A stretch of 64,000 nucleotides of DNA from Tubiluchus corallicola (taxonomy: Eukaryota > Animalia > Priapulida): assembly GCA_030141605.1 (NCBI GenBank), contig JAQGDQ010000833.1, positions 26,399-90,398 on the forward strand, given 5' to 3'. Made by a program: the position numbers and the translations under genes. Position 1 is the stretch's first letter. The number at the start of each line of letters is the position of its first letter. Under the pieces are notes generated by a model. That model was given only the letters and a program-made list of their open reading frames with translations. It was not told where the DNA came from and did no database searches. Shown piece after piece: positions 61,155 to 64,000 of the stretch.

Positions 61155-61342
61155 AGAAAACGAACTCGAATCGAAAGAAATTTGTAACTTTCGAAATGGA
61201 AAGAAGCCGAATTTCAAGATTTCGACTCTTAATTGAACGCGAACTCGAATTGGCCTCACGAAGATCGTGCATATTGCTTGATTTTGTTCTGCAGTAAAAA
61301 CACTAGTAATTTGTTAAAAAATTGTGTGCAGAAATCACAGAA
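61155..61342 (-). mobile_element. Fragment of the taggggtgagca hAT MITE
   Basis: gaatcgaa...aatttgt.acttt.gaa...ttttgttctgcagtaaaa shared with 14850-15060. Confidence 0.6.
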
Positions 61343-61384
61343 ACTTTTAAATGATAAACAACGTATGTAGATGAACTACTTACT

Positions 61385-61664
61385 CATCATCGTCCCCCCA
61401 TACCACCACCACCACCAACAACACATTCATCATCATTATTGTCATCACCATCACCTTCATCTCATCGTGATTCGTCACAACCCCCCCCCCCCCAATACCA
61501 CCACCACCACCGTCATCGTCAACCATCACCTTCACCTCATCTTCATCGTCCCCCCCATACCACCACCACATTCATCATCGTCATTGTCATCACCATCACT
61601 GCCATCATCATCATCCATCACCATCGTCATGAACGTTATCTCGCCACTACCACCACCATCATCA
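61385..61664. repeat. (CAT/CAC)n low-complexity tract
   Basis: Direct inspection. Confidence 0.9.
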
Positions 61665-61849
61665 ATAGAACTATTATTACTATTTAACTTTATAAATCAT
61701 ACTGTGAAATTAGCAGCTACTGATTACAGATCACGGATAAAGCCAACGGGGCGATTATACTTGTTTACATCGAGTTGCAGAAGACAATACTCTCTACTCT
61801 GTATTAATTTCAAAATAAGCCATTTTGCGCAAGTCTATATATATATCCG

Positions 61850-61853
<4 letters not shown>

Positions 61854-61914
<61 letters not shown>
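61854..61914. repeat. (TA)n microsatellite
   Basis: Direct inspection. Confidence 0.98.
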
Positions 61915-61918
<4 letters not shown>

Positions 61919-62238
61919 ACTTAAAAATGTAATGAGCCTGTAAGTAAACTTGTATTTTTAATAAGGGGCAGCTGATCAAGTGACCAATAGGTGTTTCGCT
62001 GCTCCTTCTCAGTTGCAATGAAATGTAAAAATAATTATGTCGAATATTAACTGCCATTGAGAAAATAAAATTGAATCTAAACTATCAAATTAATTCAGTC
62101 CTAGCGGACTAACTGGCGCGATATTTAAAGTATTTAAACACCAAAGCACCGCGACATTTCAGTTTGTTGCTTCCGTACATTGAACATTAAACAATAAAGA
62201 TTAAACAATGAATATTAAACAATGAAGTGAATTCATAC

Positions 62239-62277
62239 CTGATGTGTCGAATGTTCCGCGTCACCCGCATTGTTCAT
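62239..62277 (-). CDS. Candidate septin alternative first coding exon (MNNAGDAEHSTHQ)
   Basis: ATG...CAG|GTATGA, 39 nt, phase 0; GC-richer than its flanks. Confidence 0.55.
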
Positions 62278-62818
62278 AACTTTCACTGCCGGATTCTTCA
62301 AACGTCGCTAAAACGCAATGCAAATGAACAAGAACATAAAGCACAAGCAACTAAGCAAAAACTAAAGCTATAAACAATCGAAATGCCATCACAATTAATA
62401 ATAAATACTGCTAAAAACAAACATGAAGTTTCTTTAACAAAAGTGTGTACATTGACAAAAAAGTAAGTAAAAAAAATTAAAATACAAAATGTGATAAACA
62501 ATACGAAAACAAAAAGAAGAAAGAAGTTAATTGGTACGTTTTGTACTGTTTTCCACTTTTAACATAAAAATATCTATTTGCTTAATTGCTTTGCACAACA
62601 ATCATGTATATATGCAAGACATTTCAACATTGGATGAAGCGTGTAGTAGTAAGTACTCTAGTCTAAAACTGTGACTGATTACACTTTTAATCATATACTT
62701 GTGTAAAGTACGTTCGAACTAAACAATCATAATAATAACAACAATATTAATACAAATAATGATAACAACAAGTAAATTAATGTTACGTAAGATATGTCTT
62801 CGTATGTTTTTGACATTC

Positions 62819-64000
62819 GATTCCAACTAGATTTTGCAGCCATTATAAATCTGCAGAAACAACAGCTACAGTCTGCGGTCACAACAACTTCGATACAGAC
62901 ACAACAAAAAGCAGCCTATAATCACGGTAATCTTCCAGTTAACTGTCTACCTTCCTGCCACAGGAAGACCTACTTCCCCACCATCCTGTTCTCTCCCGCG
63001 CAGAATACTCGCGCCTCCAAAGTTTAGCCAAGATTTAGTCACGGAAAAACGTGCGTTGAGTGCTGTATGAGTAATACATGCAAAAAGATAAGCTAATCTC
63101 TAGTAAGAAGAAGCCAGCGAGAATAAAGTTTATAGTAGTGTTGTAAAACCGCGTGAAATTTGAAAACCAGCCAGGAAATGTGCGTAACGCCAAACACGTG
63201 ACCCACCTACATTTTGACAAAAGACCCGCGTATCTAAATTTGAACACCAGCCCGCGTAACATCAAATACGTGACCCACCTACACTTTGACAAAAGACCCT
63301 CGTATGCACATTTTCTGGCTGGTGTTCAAATTTAGACACGCGGGTCATTTGGGTCTTTTGTCAAAGTGTAGGTGGGTCACGTGTTTGACGTTACGCGCAT
63401 TTTCTGGCTGGTGTTCAAATTTAGACATGCGGGTCATTTGGGTCTTTTGTCAAAGTGTAGGTGGGTCACGTGTTTGACGTTACGCACATTTTCTGTCTGG
63501 TGTTCAAATTTAGATACGAGGGTCTTTTGTCAAAGTGTAGGTGGGTCACGTATTTGATGTTACGCGGGCTGGTGTTCAAATTTAGATACGCGGGTCTTTT
63601 GTCAAAATGTAGGTGGGTCACGTGTTTGACGTTACGCACATTTCCTGGCTGGTTTTCAAATTTCACGCGGTTTTACAACACTACTATAAACTTTATTCTC
63701 GCTGGCTTCTTCTTACTAGAGATTAGCTTATCTTTTTGCATGTATTACTCATACAGCACTCAACGCACGTTTTTCCGTGACTAAATCTTGGCTAAACTTT
63801 GGAGGCGCGAGTATTCTGCGCGGGAGAGAACAGGATGGTGGGGAAGTAGGTCTTCCTGTGGCAGGAAGGGAGACAGTTAACTGGAAGATTACCGTGATTA
63901 TAGGCTGCTTTTTGTTGTGTCTGTATCGAAGTTGTTGTGACCGCAGACTGTAGCTGTTGTTTCTGCAGATTTATAATGGCTGCAAAATCTAGTTGGAATC
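62819..64000. repeat. Long near-perfect inverted repeat: arms 62819-63305 and 63514-64000 (truncated by the window edge), with a 208-bp spacer
   Basis: Position x pairs with 126819-x over 487 bp; two mismatches seen by eye. The spacer is about 2.3 copies of an 89-bp unit related to the inner arm subrepeats. Confidence 0.96.

Noticed and set aside
63035-63784. Mirror-image ORFs (85 aa minus, 107 aa plus)
   Set aside because: A consequence of the palindrome and its subrepeats; non-ATG starts and no protein motifs.

Overview
AT-rich, intron-containing DNA from a bilaterian invertebrate; the exact taxon cannot be determined from the sequence. Four protein-coding genes can be assembled by hand with canonical GT-AG, phase-consistent exons. 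(1) A VPS37 (ESCRT-I, Mod(r)) gene on the minus strand, 4 coding exons, 5630-12262. (2) A divergently oriented KIF26/kinesin-11 gene on the plus strand, almost entirely in one 3.9-kb exon (19403-19484 + 20785-24701). (3) A SEPT2-group septin on the minus strand with 8 constant exons, 31947-42332. (4) An intronless secreted single IGFBP-domain protein with a Thr/Glu-rich tail on the plus strand, 50137-50751. The most interesting observation is upstream of the septin. Its first constant exon has no start codon, and about ten short ATG-to-splice-donor cassettes, all phase 0, are scattered over 42.9-62.3 kb. This suggests a variable-first-exon array giving many septin N-termini, with the IGFBP-like gene nested antisense inside it and CTCF-like motifs between cassettes. 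It is an inference that needs transcript data. The window ends in a near-perfect palindrome of at least 1.18 kb. The rest is hAT, Tc1/mariner and Kolobok-like MITEs, RTE and CR1 LINE fragments, a tRNA-derived SINE, minisatellites and microsatellites. All calls were made by eye, with no database searches.
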